Source of the DNA: Ophelia neglecta
Lineage: Eukaryota
Length of the DNA: 64,000 nt
Assembly: GCA_965285935.1 (NCBI GenBank)
Contig: OZ260662.1
Coordinates: 118,234,001-118,298,000 of the forward strand
Direction: 5' to 3'
The notes beneath the pieces were generated by a model, which saw only the letters and a program-made list of their open reading frames with translations, was not told the origin of the DNA and did no database searches. Both the position numbers and the translations under genes were made by a program. How positions within the stretch are numbered: the first letter of the stretch is position 1; every line of letters starts with the position of its first letter. This document shows positions 1-12,199 of this stretch, one piece after another.

Positions 1-403
1 GGGTTGTGTATAAGTAGTGTCATCTCTTCTGAGGACAGCGGGCACCCGATGGAGGCTCTAAAATCGGTATATACCTGACATAAATTCCCAGTAGAATGTC
101 TTTTGGCGTAAGCATTTAGTTTGTTGAATGCAGCCCTGTGTTTCCAACCAGCTTGCAAACATAAGATTACATTTTCTTCCTTCCACATGTCACAATCTCC
201 TAAAACTTCGCCCGGGAATTCGATATCTAGTTCACATACTTTCTTCATGTTTTCTTCAGTCTCGTACTCCAACATTAAATCGAACAATGATTTGTCGTCA
301 TCGTTTCCAATGTTAATATCAGCTCCATATTCTATAAACATTTCGTGTAGAGAACTACGGGTGAGTTTTCTAGGCCTTTTTATTTCTTTTCTGCAGCCAT
401 ATT
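1..403 (-). pseudogene. Frameshifted C-terminal continuation of ankyrin gene 1 (runs off the window)
   Basis: Shifted frame reads YGCRKEIKRPRKLTRSSLHEMFIEYGADINIGNDDDKSLFDLMLEYETEENMKKVCELDIEFPGE...ILCLQAGWKH...YTDFRASIGCPLSSEEM with no stop, colinear with gene 2 SLHRLLVRHGADINI...FDLMLEHET...LCLQAGWKH...YSDFRAGIGNPLSSSEM; gene 1 has GAAATAT where gene 2 has GAAAAATAT. Confidence 0.85.
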
Positions 404-2492
404 TCATATGGAGTATATAGCATGTGATATACAGTATTGCCTTTGTAATCTTTCACATTTATATCAGCCCCGTTTTCAAGAAAGAATTTCATCATATCAG
501 CATTGTGACTCAGGAAAGCGTAGAAAAGTGGCGTTGTTTCGAAGACATGGTCAGCATGACCATCAACCTTGGCACCAGCGTTTATCAGGATCTTCACAAT
601 GTCCAAGTTGTTCCGCTTGCTTGCTATACACAGAGCGTTAGAAGAATGACTTCCTCCTCCTATAACAGCATCAATATCTGCACCATTCATTACCAATAGT
701 TTTACAAGCTCTATGGCCTGACTTTCACAAGCATAGTGTAGAGGAGTTTGGCCAATTCCCCCTCTAGACTCTAAGCTTGTCATCTGCTCATCAGAGTCTC
801 CGACCTCTGCGTTGACATCAGCTCCAGCGTCTATCAACACTCTAACAATGTTTTCCCCGTGCCCAAGGACCGCAATATGCAAGGGTGAATAGCAGTTTTC
901 TCTAAATGTGTTCCTATTGTCAAGTCTGCAGGTCATGAAATTTACATCGGCACCCCTTTTAAGGAGCATCGAAACCGCTGCTTCATTCTGTACTAAACAG
1001 GCAATTTGTAAAGCAGTACCACCATTGTCATATATCCCTTTGCGTGCCAATAAATTGGTGCACATTCTGTCCAATTTATTGATATCTGCTTTGATGTCAA
1101 AACAATAATTGATATCTGCTCCACTTTCTAGCAAAAAATCGACCAAGTCCATTCTTTCTACTAATGGCTGCCCCAGGAATGTGTATAATAAGTATTTATG
1201 AACACATTCTTTAAAGCCAGCGCTCATAACCAAATGCATGATTTCACGTAACTTACATTTGAAGAGTACTAAGTTGTTATCTGCAAGAATCAAATCCAAA
1301 AATGATTGCTTTGAGCAATGTTTCAAATTATGTGCATGTGCACCATTTGCTATTAGAATTTTGATAATATCTAGGAATTTGCCAAACACCTGGTTTTTCA
1401 GCCCTTCATTTGTTTGCACCAATGAGTTTGTAGAGCAGTGGGCTACATAAAGCATAAAGGTATCCAAAGGGGTGTCATAGAAAAAGGCTTTGGCATTGAT
1501 ATGAGCACCGGCTTTCACTAATTGACGGACGATATAATCTATATCCGCCTCTAACAGTCGCTGGAGCTTCGTCATACCATCAACATAAGAGCCCTCACAG
1601 AATAAACAATGAAGAGGCGTACCATGAAAGGTTTCGATCCCGTTCACGTCAGGCGATTTGCCAAGCAGTAGTATTATTATTTCTGTGTTGACCAGATAAC
1701 AAGCGAGGTTCAGTGGCAGTGGGTTACCCACATTCACATCAGCCCCGGCGTCCAGGAGAAGTTTGAGGGTTTCTAATCTATCGTGGTGTTGGTCTTTTAT
1801 CACGGAGGTGAGTGGGGTGTCCATGCCAAATTTACTTGAATTCACATCAGCTCCGGCGTCCAGGAGAAGTTTGAGTGTTTCTAATCTATCGTCGTGTTGG
1901 TCTTTTATCACGAAGGTAAGTGGGGTGTCCATGCCAAATTTACTTGAATTCACATCAGCTCCGGCGTCCAGGAGAAGTTTCAGAATATCTAATCGTTCTT
2001 GTCTTTCTTGATTTGCTGAATTCATATCAGATCCAGTGTCAGGGGAAAACTTTTTTATTCTACCTTTGTACTGACGGCGCATCACGTGGGTTAAAGGCGT
2101 ATCACCAGGAACATCCATTGAATTCACATCAGCTCCTGCGTCTAGGAGAAGTTTGATGACATCAGATCGGCCCGTCCGTCTTTGTTTTATTGCACAGAAA
2201 AGAGGATTTTCATAGTCCGAAGAGCCTACAAAATTCACATCAGCTCCAGCGTCCAGGAGACGTTTGATTTCATCTAATATGTTTGGGCGATGGCATTGAA
2301 TAACCCCAATAAGAGGATTACTAGTCACCTTTTCCAGTTCAATAGTTTGGTTTTTACTGGTTTGCTTCAATGTGTTTCGGTATCCATTGCCGTTTTTTTC
2401 AACATCTTGCGAAATGTCCATCCGATAATTACCACGCGCTATGTTCTCCCAACTATCGTTTATGTTAAGCTCATCTTGCGTACCTGTCGATT
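370..2492 (-). CDS. Large ankyrin-repeat exon of gene 1 (ankyrin/SOCS-box-like paralog), truncated by frameshift
   Basis: 683-aa ORF with many GADVN / TPLH / DTPLT ankyrin motifs; the frame stays open upstream of the listed Met to acceptor ttatttcag|AA at 2493/2492 and closes (TGA) just beyond it; C-terminal third is clearly homologous to 12200-15957. Confidence 0.88.
1733..1980. repeat. 108-bp in-frame tandem duplication of one ankyrin repeat (~2.3 copies)
   Basis: ttcacatcagc..ccggcgtccaggagaagttt recurs at 1733, 1841 and 1949; peptide DAGADVNSSKFGMDTPLTxVIKDQHxDRLETLKLLL occurs twice. Confidence 0.92.
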
Positions 2493-5400
2493 CTGAAATA
2501 AGTAATCATCATGGAATATCACAAATAAGGACATAAGAGTACCCTCACCTATTATCCCGCATATCAGTCTTAAGCTGAAAATTATTATTGCTACTATAAT
2601 TTTTTTTGAAAAAAGACATCTTGAGTGCTTAAATGGTATCTAGGACTGTTTTTGTACTGATTTTTCAAATGATCCATTGACTAATTAGTCAGATTTACAG
2701 GTGAGAGACAAAGAGAGATAATGATTCTTTTGCCGAAGGCAAATCAATTTTAGGTAATATGTGTACATTATAACACGCAATGTGTTTCAAAGTGCTCTGC
2801 GTTGCAAGGCACGTTTTGTAACCCAAACATGATTAAAACAGAATGTAAACGTGCAGGCTGGCTACGTACTACTTTATAAATGATAAAGGGTAATGTAGGT
2901 CTGTTACACCAGAATGTTTAAGACTGAAAATAACCGAGCAGGATAACTACTTGTATCAGTATACTACTTGTAGTATTTAGTATACTACTCCACCTAATAT
3001 GTCTGCATATTAGAGTTATAGTAGTAGAGTTATATGACACCAGAAGATCCGAGAGGAAAACATGATATGAAAGCTCTTCCTTTTTCAGTGGTGATCATTA
3101 AATATATTTTCAATTAAATTAGCAGTTGATCATACAATATCTCCTTTATGGTGAGAAAGTGTAAATATCCTATTTTAAATTAAAATTGAAAATATACCCA
3201 TTTCAAATAGTAACATTTTTATAGAAAATTAATAATATAATTAGAATATTGAATGAACTCAAAGAGTGGAATGAAAGGCTTATTATTGCCGCCTGACAAT
3301 TAAAAAATATGACTACTCATTTTACGATTTCAAGGATTGGTGAATGCTGCATTCATACCATTTACGTCAAGTAGTTCCACGTGTTTTTGCTTATAAATAG
3401 ATTCAAACGTGTTATTGTATTAATATCGCTATAGAAAAGGGCATATAATAAATGAGCATTGATAACAGTTGCTGTATGATAAGCAAATTTTGACTATTCA
3501 AAAGACTGATATTTATTTTGTATTAGCAAAATCATGTGTCTGTTGTATATATTTGCACAGGGTTCTGATGTACGCCATGACCAAACGTATACTAATTATG
3601 TTCTCTTTATGAGGCCCATATAAGCTCCTAGCTTTCGTGGTCGCTTATAGTGATTTATATATCATTGTGTAAATATTATATAGTAACAATAAAAAGGATT
3701 GTCATATAAAAGCCTACACGCTTAATTATCGAAATGTAATAGATAACTTATTGAACATAGTGCAAACGGGAATACCGGCACCATATGTTAGGTAAATGTC
3801 GCCAATCGAATACACATTTCAGCTAGTTCCAACATAATTAAGTGAAGACGAATTTACGTGTATTGCGTGAATTTACTTTAAACGACAATTAAGTAAAAAG
3901 GTTTTCAGATTTACCAAAACGTACAGAAGAAATGAACAGTCACAGTGAATCCAGATTGATTATAGATGTAAGATGACGCCTATTAACAGACATCTGTTGG
4001 TCTAGATCATAGTTATCTAACGTAACGGATTTGCTGGAGTGAGTATAATGGGAATAGTCCAAGCCTCATTCCGATCAGGAGTAAATGGCCCGCGTGGTGC
4101 TGAATTGTCTCTAAACCGCAAAATCCTATCAATAGTGGACACCCGGCAAAAACATCGTTAATCAAGAAATACGCATTTAATCTGCTTAGTTTTCAGGAAA
4201 GCGTAGCTATACTAGCAACCATGTCTCAATACTGACCATTGCCTGTTTAGAAAGTAGGCCAACTCATAGTGATACGAAACAATCTGGAAACTTAGACAAA
4301 AGTCAAAAGTCACCAGATATGTGGGGATTATACTTTTTAAAGGGGTTATATATATTTCCGCACTTTTCTTGCTCGAGGCATGGGAGTACTGTGGTCCCAT
4401 GTATGTGAACATCAATAACCTGGGCACAATTAATTTAGTCAATTGGCACTAACGCACCGTTCTTGTCTTCCGCGTCAGTTCTTATGGAACCATAGGGCGT
4501 GCTGTTTTCTGAAGGTGGAGAGGCTGAAATTAAGAAGAATTGTAGAGATAATGACTGAACTATTAGGTTTCAATGGAAGTTGGCATGGTGTCACATGACA
4601 CCAACATTCATAGTAAAAGCATCTCTGGCGTAGATACAGTGGATGGCGAAAGGATAGTCAGAGTAAGTGGTTTGGCAAAATTATTGGAGCCAATGAGCCA
4701 ATGATTTCTTCTTAGAAAACAATAAATCATTACAAACAATTATATTATTCTGTAATAAAAAATCGAACACGGTATTAATTTTTTACACATTTTACAAATT
4801 TTACAAGAAACACGTGTATTACCACATATATGCGTTTTTAATAAGGAATCTAAAAAGAATATTGTTCACAATATTAAGCTGAATAGCTGCATTTAAATCT
4901 AGATAAATAAATAAAATATTGTACAGGAGAGCCAATGTTCTGACTAGGTGCAACTTTTGCAACTAGCTAATCGACAAGAAATTTTCTTAACCGATCATTG
5001 AAGCAGGCTTAAACGCATAACTCAAAGTTTAGAAACACATTTTTTTTGGAATAAGCAAAGCGTATCAATAAAATGAATCAAATCATTTCAAAAAACGTTA
5101 CCTTCGAACGAATATAGACTGATGTTAGATGTCTCAGAGTTCGAATCCGGCTCCTTATCGCCAGTTGCTTGGGAACCAAAGGAAATGTTGCCCTCTGTAG
5201 ATGGAGAGGGGACAAAGGTAAAAGGCCACATTAGAGGGAGTTGGGGCTATGAACAAAAACATATTTGTGACCATACTCATCAGAACATGTAGTATAGACA
5301 TTTGGTCTGTGAACAATTTACACTTCAGCTAAGTAAAGTCGCTACACGACTGTCATACGATGAATAATATGGTCAGTCCAAGATTTTAGACGACATAAAG

Positions 5401-5704
5401 GTAATAATGGAATATGACATTAGGGACTCACTCGTCGAAATAGATCAGTGTACATTTATATCGGAAAATAGTGAGGGTGCACTAATCGTGCTTGTAAAGC
5501 CAATTCGAACCAGGGCAATAGAATTGATAAGTCTACTGGCATCTGCGGCCCTTGCAGAATACTGCCACCGCCATCGAGAGCATCAGTAAGCCTCTAACAT
5601 ACGTAATGTTATCCCGACAGACACCCGAGCACCAAGGCAAAGTTATCGGCACTATCCCAGGACGCCCACGATTGACCAAAAAGAAGGTTGCTCAATAAAG
5701 TTAC

Positions 5705-5864
5705 CTTCAAAGATTGATGACTGTTGGCTGACGCGATAGACCGTGGAAAGTGTTTGCGTTGCCGTGTTGTCTATTCCGTGCGGTTGTCTGGCAGAGTTAC
5801 AGTCTAGTGACCGTCGCCGTTCAGGAGCGTTACCCACTTTCGCCTTGTTACAACAACTGCCCAT
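5705..5864 (-). CDS. First coding exon of ankyrin gene 1 (MGSCCNKAKVG...SSIFE), predicted myristoylation/palmitoylation N-terminus
   Basis: ATG at 5864 (AAAATGG); upstream acceptor ttattaatcacag at ~5896; ends GAAG|GTAAC at 5705/5704 after 53 codons +1 nt (phase 1), matching the phase-1 acceptor at 2492; homologous to exon 10343-10490 on the opposite strand. Confidence 0.8.
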
Positions 5865-6931
5865 TTTAACTATAGATGGATGGGAAGTCGTACGCCTGTG
5901 ATTAATAAACAGCATATTACTGAGGTATATGGGTGTGAAATAGTAAAATACTATTGTGGTAAACTGAAGTTTCTGTAAGAAAAATAACAAGGCGACTGAT
6001 CATTAAAAATTCGCTTCAGAGAATCGTTATAGCTGACCACGTTATCATCAATGAGTAAAAAGTTTATATTGTACACTAGACCCTCCCGTCCCCACCCTAG
6101 ACGATCGTGACTGTAAAACATTCCCAAGGTGATAGCACGAACTATTAACAGATTGATTTATAGCAAGTGTGCCCATTTCACTTATGTGCTTGATTTACTT
6201 TTGGGGAATATATCACATACTAAAAAAAAACACTTGTGATAGAAATTACATATATAAAATACCACATTAACCTATCACCATAAACATGTGTGCAAACATA
6301 ATCAGTTATACTTTTACATACTTAATGTTGTCCCGTCTGACTCCAACAAAGATCTGTGGTAGAACAAATGTCAACATCAGAAAAAAAATGTTTTGACAAT
6401 ACCAACGGGTAAGGTAGATAGTAATATTTGTACATAGGTTGATATTAATATGAAAGTGTTACGTCCTATTCATAAATAGTTAATTAAATTATATTAAATT
6501 AAAATCTTGGGAAACGCACATGTGCCTGACCTGCCCTTCCATATTGCGATAATCAATTGTATAGTGCAGTGTTTTGCAATATTTTGTTAGTGTTGTGTAT
6601 TTAACTTGGCAATCACAACTCTATTGTAAGTCATATAATTAATTAGACGACAAGTACGCCGGTCATTGACCGTACGTTTGTGTCCTAACTTAGATAAAAT
6701 ATATGTACTCCATCCAGTCTGGATAGGTTGTCAGTATCAAGCAGTAAATAAAATAAAAAACCCGTCCTTGCCTGACCAGGCCGGTCTGTAGGTATTAGAT
6801 CCTGGATAATGCCACTGTGAAGCAGGTCCGGGCTAATCGGTTGTTAGTGTTCAAGTTTCTCCTTTAAAATGTTTCACCGTTTATAGCCGATTTGTTGAGC
6901 TAATTGAAAATAATGACCATAATGAATATTT

Positions 6932-7251
6932 AATGGTGTCAGGTTGTTGAATATTTAACATAATCTATATGCATATCAAAGATTGACTGAAGTCTGGCTA
7001 TGTACTTTGGAAACAAATTAACACCTAATTAGAATGTATTATATTTACCTGCTGACGTGATTTTAAAGCATAATGTACATAAACACTCCATATTGAGAGC
7101 ACAAGGAAACCCAGATATAATCAGTATGCATATGGGGAGTTTAGATTAAGGAAAAGTACTCATTCAATGACGTGGACAGGCCATTGATACGTTTACCAAT
7201 CATGCCCTTCTATACTCATTATAGCTTAATATTCCCAACTCTTTTGTAGGT
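6932..7251. repeat. ~320-bp direct repeat, copy 1 (copy 2 at 8627-8947)
   Basis: aatggtgt.aggttgttgaatatttaacataatctatatgcatatcaaagatt...cttttgtaggt is near-identical at both sites. Confidence 0.92.
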
Positions 7252-8004
7252 GTTGTAACCTAGATAATAAATATGTATCCAAACCAGCCTGGATATGCTA
7301 TTTTAGTGTATAGGATTTAAAATTTAACATGAAAAACATCGCCATCTTGTTCTCCATGATGACGAATCCAGACAAAAATTCATCATTTGATTTGCGTCCA
7401 CGACTCAGACCGGTGAATTTGAGATATGCAGATGTATATGATGGCCTTAACAATCGTAAATGTAAATGTTTTATTCCTGCAGCGGATCACATACGAGCTT
7501 CAAACATATGAGAGCTTCAAACAATGGATAATCTATGTAGGAGGTCGGAAAGAGCCTAAAGTCAATGGTCGGTCCACATCAATGAATGCGAAATGGGAAA
7601 AATTACACAGAGCTAACTACTTTTCCTTAACAACAAGCTCCCTTAATGCATACTGATTATACCTGATTTCCTGGTGCTCTCGATATGGAGTTTTCCTGTG
7701 TACTGTTCGATCATAATAACGTCAACAAGTGAATATTATACTGGATAATGAGTTGTCAATTTTGCAAAGTAAATAGCAAAACTTATTGCAGCCTTTGATG
7801 TGGTTGTCAAATGTTGAATACATTAGCCAACTTATTGCCCATGAGACAACATCAACTATTCATGATGAGTTATCATTTGCAAATAGTTACGCCTCATAGA
7901 TTGGTTATAAAAGGGTATATTAAGTTTCTGTTACGACAGAGGAGAGGGACACTGTCGACCCGTCGGTCTAAATCTGCTCCTCGTTGAGAGTTAACAGGAT
8001 TCTC

Positions 8005-8440
8005 TTAGGCCGGTCTGGTCAGGTAAGAGCACATTGTTACTATTCATGATATAATACCGATGAACCGACCCGGACAAGTAAAAAATTCATTGTTTTTAAC
8101 TAGGATTTAATACCTACAATGTACAAGTAGGTCTGGTAAGGTAAGCTATTATTATTATTATTTTGGATCAAATACCTACAAACCGGCCTGCTCAGGTAAG
8201 GAAACATTGTTATTATCTGGGATCCAATACCTACATGGCGGCCTGGGCAGGAAAGGACACATTGTTACTATTCATGATACAATACCGATAAACCGACCCG
8301 GACAAGTTAACATTCACTGTTATTAACTAGGATCCTATATCTACAATGTACAATTAGGTCTGGTAAGGTTAGATATTATTGTTATTATCTGGGATCCAAT
8401 AGCTACATGGCGGCCTGGGCAGGAAAGTACACATTGATAC
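8005..8440 (+). repeat. Degenerate ~55-65-bp minisatellite (ggat..aatacctaca...ggcctgg.cagg.aagg..acattgtta)
   Basis: About 7 related units; related single units at ~9975-10020 (+) and inverted at ~6765-6805. Confidence 0.7.
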
Positions 8441-8626
8441 TATCTATTGTTTAATACAATGTTTACTAACTTTTATCGGATTAGCTCTCAAAGTTTACAA
8501 TTTACATGGTATATATGGTACATTTCTTGATAATCAGCAACTGCCTGTTTGAGGTTTTGATCTGCCTTGTAAATTATTTAATTCCCTTTAGTTTTCTTTA
8601 TAAAATACATTTCCTTAGTGTCCCTA

Positions 8627-8947
8627 AATGGTGTTAGGTTGTTGAATATTTAACATAATCTATATGCATATCAAAGATTAACTGAAGTCTGGCTATGTAC
8701 TTTGGAAAAAAATTAACACCTAATAAGAATGTATTATATTTACCTGCTGACGTGATTATAATCGCATATTGTACATAAACACTCCATATTGAGAGCACAA
8801 GGAAACCCAGATATAATCAGTATGCATATGGGGAGTTTAGATTAAGGAAAAGTACTCATTCAATGACGTGGACAGGCCATTGATATGTTTTCCAATCATG
8901 CCCTTCTATAGTCATTATAGCTTAATATTCTCAACTCTTTTGTAGGT
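8627..8947. repeat. ~320-bp direct repeat, copy 2
   Basis: Near-identical to 6932-7251. Confidence 0.92.
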
Positions 8948-10342
8948 TATATCATAAAATATATTTTATAAAAAGGGAATATCTTAAATTTCATATCTAA
9001 ATGACCGGTTTATTTTGCAATATGTGCAGAGACACTCAATTTCCTATAAGTGGGATCATTTATCGCATGCCATTGCAGTGTTAATCTTTTTCTGAGTGGG
9101 TTTTTCATTTGTATTGTCTCTTGCAGCCTTCGCATTGCAATAAATATAATGTATTCTGGGACGTGCATCTCATAGAATTTCATTTAACTCTAAATGTAGT
9201 ATTGTTAGGGTTGAAGGTGAACGGGTCGCTCTCATTAACGTGCTAACATGTTCCGCAGCGGGATTCATTGCACTTACTTACATTTGGGTTTATATCTTTA
9301 TGTGTTTTGATTTGGTCCCAGTTTAGTACTTTCTTCAAATTTATAGACAGCCGCTTGCTATTGATGATGGTGTTTTTTGAAGCATTTTTTGTATTGCTGA
9401 TTCCCGTCTAGCATTTTAATTGTTGATTTAGTTACGTTAAACATTATTTGTGTTCTGTGTTCAGACAAATGTGATGACACTTGTGTCTTAGGATTTATCC
9501 CTGACGAATCGGAGTTTTTCAAGACTTTAGCGTTTAGGCTTTTCGCAGACATTATCAATCAATAACCGGGTAATTTCTTTCTCTAGGTGTAACCTTAAAT
9601 TAATTTAATCTCATATCCCAAATGTCAGGGTCAGTAACAATGGTGGAATTCAGCGGGCCAGATTATAGGGTGGCAGCCGTCAAAATGGAGGTATTGTTTA
9701 CAATTGTTGTGTGTCTATCGAGATGACTATTTTACTACGCACATAGCCAGACTTATATCAGCTTTGATGTGCTTGTTAAGTTATAATACATATGCCAACT
9801 TACTGCCCATTAACTATTTATTGCGAGTGATTATTAGTTTAAAATAGTTACATTTCAAACGTTGTTATATTAAAGGCGTCATATTTCTATTACAACTCAG
9901 AAGAAGGACGAATTCGACCCGTTAATCTAGACCTGCGGTGCGTTGAGAGTTTCGAGGATCAACTACTCACAAGCTGACCTGGTCAGGTAAGGAAAAACTT
10001 TTATTATCTAGGATCGCAAATCTATAAGCCAAACTGGCCAATTATGAGCGGATAACAGAAACCCACAGTAATCATGGCAAATTAACATGTTATTTTCGCT
10101 TCGGTTTTATTTGTAAACCTGAACTTATCAACTTCAAATTACTCACCTGATTTAATGCTATTTCAATTTATGTCGTTTTCGTCTTTTGTTTTAAAGAATA
10201 TCTAATTCTGCACTTATGTTTAGAGTTTCTTGACCTTCAAACAACAGTGCACACGACTTCGATGCTTATTTCTTTCTCAACTTATCAACATGATATTTGT
10301 TTAATACAGGGAGAACTACTATTCATCCACCCTACATTCAGA

Positions 10343-10490
10343 ATGGGCAGTAGTTGTAATAAGGTACAGATTGGACCTGCGCCTTGGGGAGAAGGTCACA
10401 GTTCTGTCAATTCACAAGGAATAGGTAAGACGAAAAGAAACAGGCCCTTGACGGTGTCTCAATTCAGGCAGCAGTTATCTAGACTTGAAG
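10343..10490 (+). CDS. First coding exon of ankyrin gene 2 (MGSSCNKVQIG...LSRLE), predicted myristoylation/palmitoylation N-terminus
   Basis: ATG at 10343 (AGAATGG); acceptor ttgtttaatacag at 10309; GAAG|GTAAT donor at 10490/10491 after 49 codons +1 nt (phase 1), compatible with the acceptor at 12199/12200; homologous to 5705-5864. Confidence 0.8.
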
Positions 10491-12199
10491 GTAATATTTT
10501 AAACAATCCCTTTTATTAATAAATCTATGGCCTATCCCCGGTTGCATACATCTCTTGTTGTAGGCCTCCTGACAGTGTGTCGGGATAAAGTCTGTTATAA
10601 GATAACAGGAGCCCGCACGCCTACTTAACACAAATGGCGGAGCTTCAATGTTTCAGAACATTTACACCATTGTATTCTTGGAAATCATACTCTTCCCACT
10701 TCAGAACATGTCACACGACTTGCTCTTAATGGAACTGTAGTTTGTCTTCACATCACAGGCGAAGCCGCCAGTCGTTATAAATGTCCCTTCTTGTAGAAAT
10801 GATTTCATGGTGCCGGGAAACCTTCATCATTCTTACGTTATTCTCTCGTTCTGAATTGACATCAACTTAAAAAAGTGTGATGTCAGACACCGGTGGCACA
10901 CCACGTGTATGTAGATTTTTTATATCTGGCTACGACGAAATTACGAATATACGAAGATAATCTCACGAACTCTCTAATTGATTTTAGTCCTTATTGAACA
11001 ACACTTAATTGACCGGCATTTATGAATGACATAAATTACGAAACTAAATTGGTATCCTAGAAGACAGGGAGTGCCTGCCCGCGAAACAAAGGAAAACCAC
11101 CAATCGAGAATAATCCAACATAATAGTCCACAGTTTTCCTTAAGGCGAGTCAGAAGGCGGTCCTAGAGCTCACGTTTCAAACTGCCAACACCTACCTACA
11201 CACGAACGGTCCAAACGAGAGATATCCATCATATATTGACTGTCCTCAAGCCTGATTAAATCCTTTACTGGATTCAGCCGACCCTTGTATATTCTAACAG
11301 CGACACATTTTTCGCCGTGCCGAGAGCGCTTTTTTCAGCCACACCTTAATTTGCACATGATATCTGAACGAAGTTACGAATTGTCATGGTTACGATAAGT
11401 ATGATTGGCCCATCTACCGACAAAGAATACATGTTCTGTTATACCCATGCATTATTTCGCGAGGACACACAGACAAACTAGCGTGGCATCATGAGATACT
11501 GGCAGCCTAATTCATTTGCGTACGTAAATATCGTACCATGCAGCGTGTTTCTCTCCAGATGGCACTAGTATCAACAATTGCTCGTGCATATTCCCTGTTT
11601 GAAATTCTCTTATTGAAGAGTGCGTCCAGGATATGTTAATTTTATTATGCTTATAGAAGGTATTTTCAACAGTCCCTCTTTAACCCTCAGCCACAGCCCC
11701 ACACACATCCATCTACAGCTCCCAAACAGTAAATAAACTGGTAAAGGAAATAGAAATAGGAAAATATTAATTGGATACCACTTGCAATGACAATTGGTCG
11801 ACAGTTTTTACTGATATTGTCCATGATTTTCAAGTTTGCGGCAACGGAATTTAACATGCTTTCATGTATCCTAGTGAATAAAAAACTCATCAATGCTGCT
11901 AATAAAGAACCACGTACCTGATAAACGGCCAATTTAATATAAAATGTTTTGGGTGTCCACCTCGACATCAAACAAATTCGAGAGCGTTTATATCATTTCT
12001 TTTGTCCGATCTTATGGCGTTATGTCACTCGACATTACAATTAAAACTGCTAAATTTGGTAGCGGGGTTATAAGATACAACTATAACTTAGCTCACACGC
12101 TATCACTCGGTTTTTATATGTATATTAGAAAATTGTCTTACCTTTACTGTTACGTTATTTGATTAATGGTACAAATGATGCACGTTTAATATTTTGCAG

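Noticed and set aside
121-420. + strand 99-aa ORF and other short ORFs overlapping the ankyrin exons (e.g. 15093..15743)
   Set aside because: Antisense shadows of the ankyrin coding frames.
5115-5160. tRNA or SINE suggested by B-box-like GTTCGAATCC
   Set aside because: No convincing A-box or cloverleaf; a single short motif is not enough.
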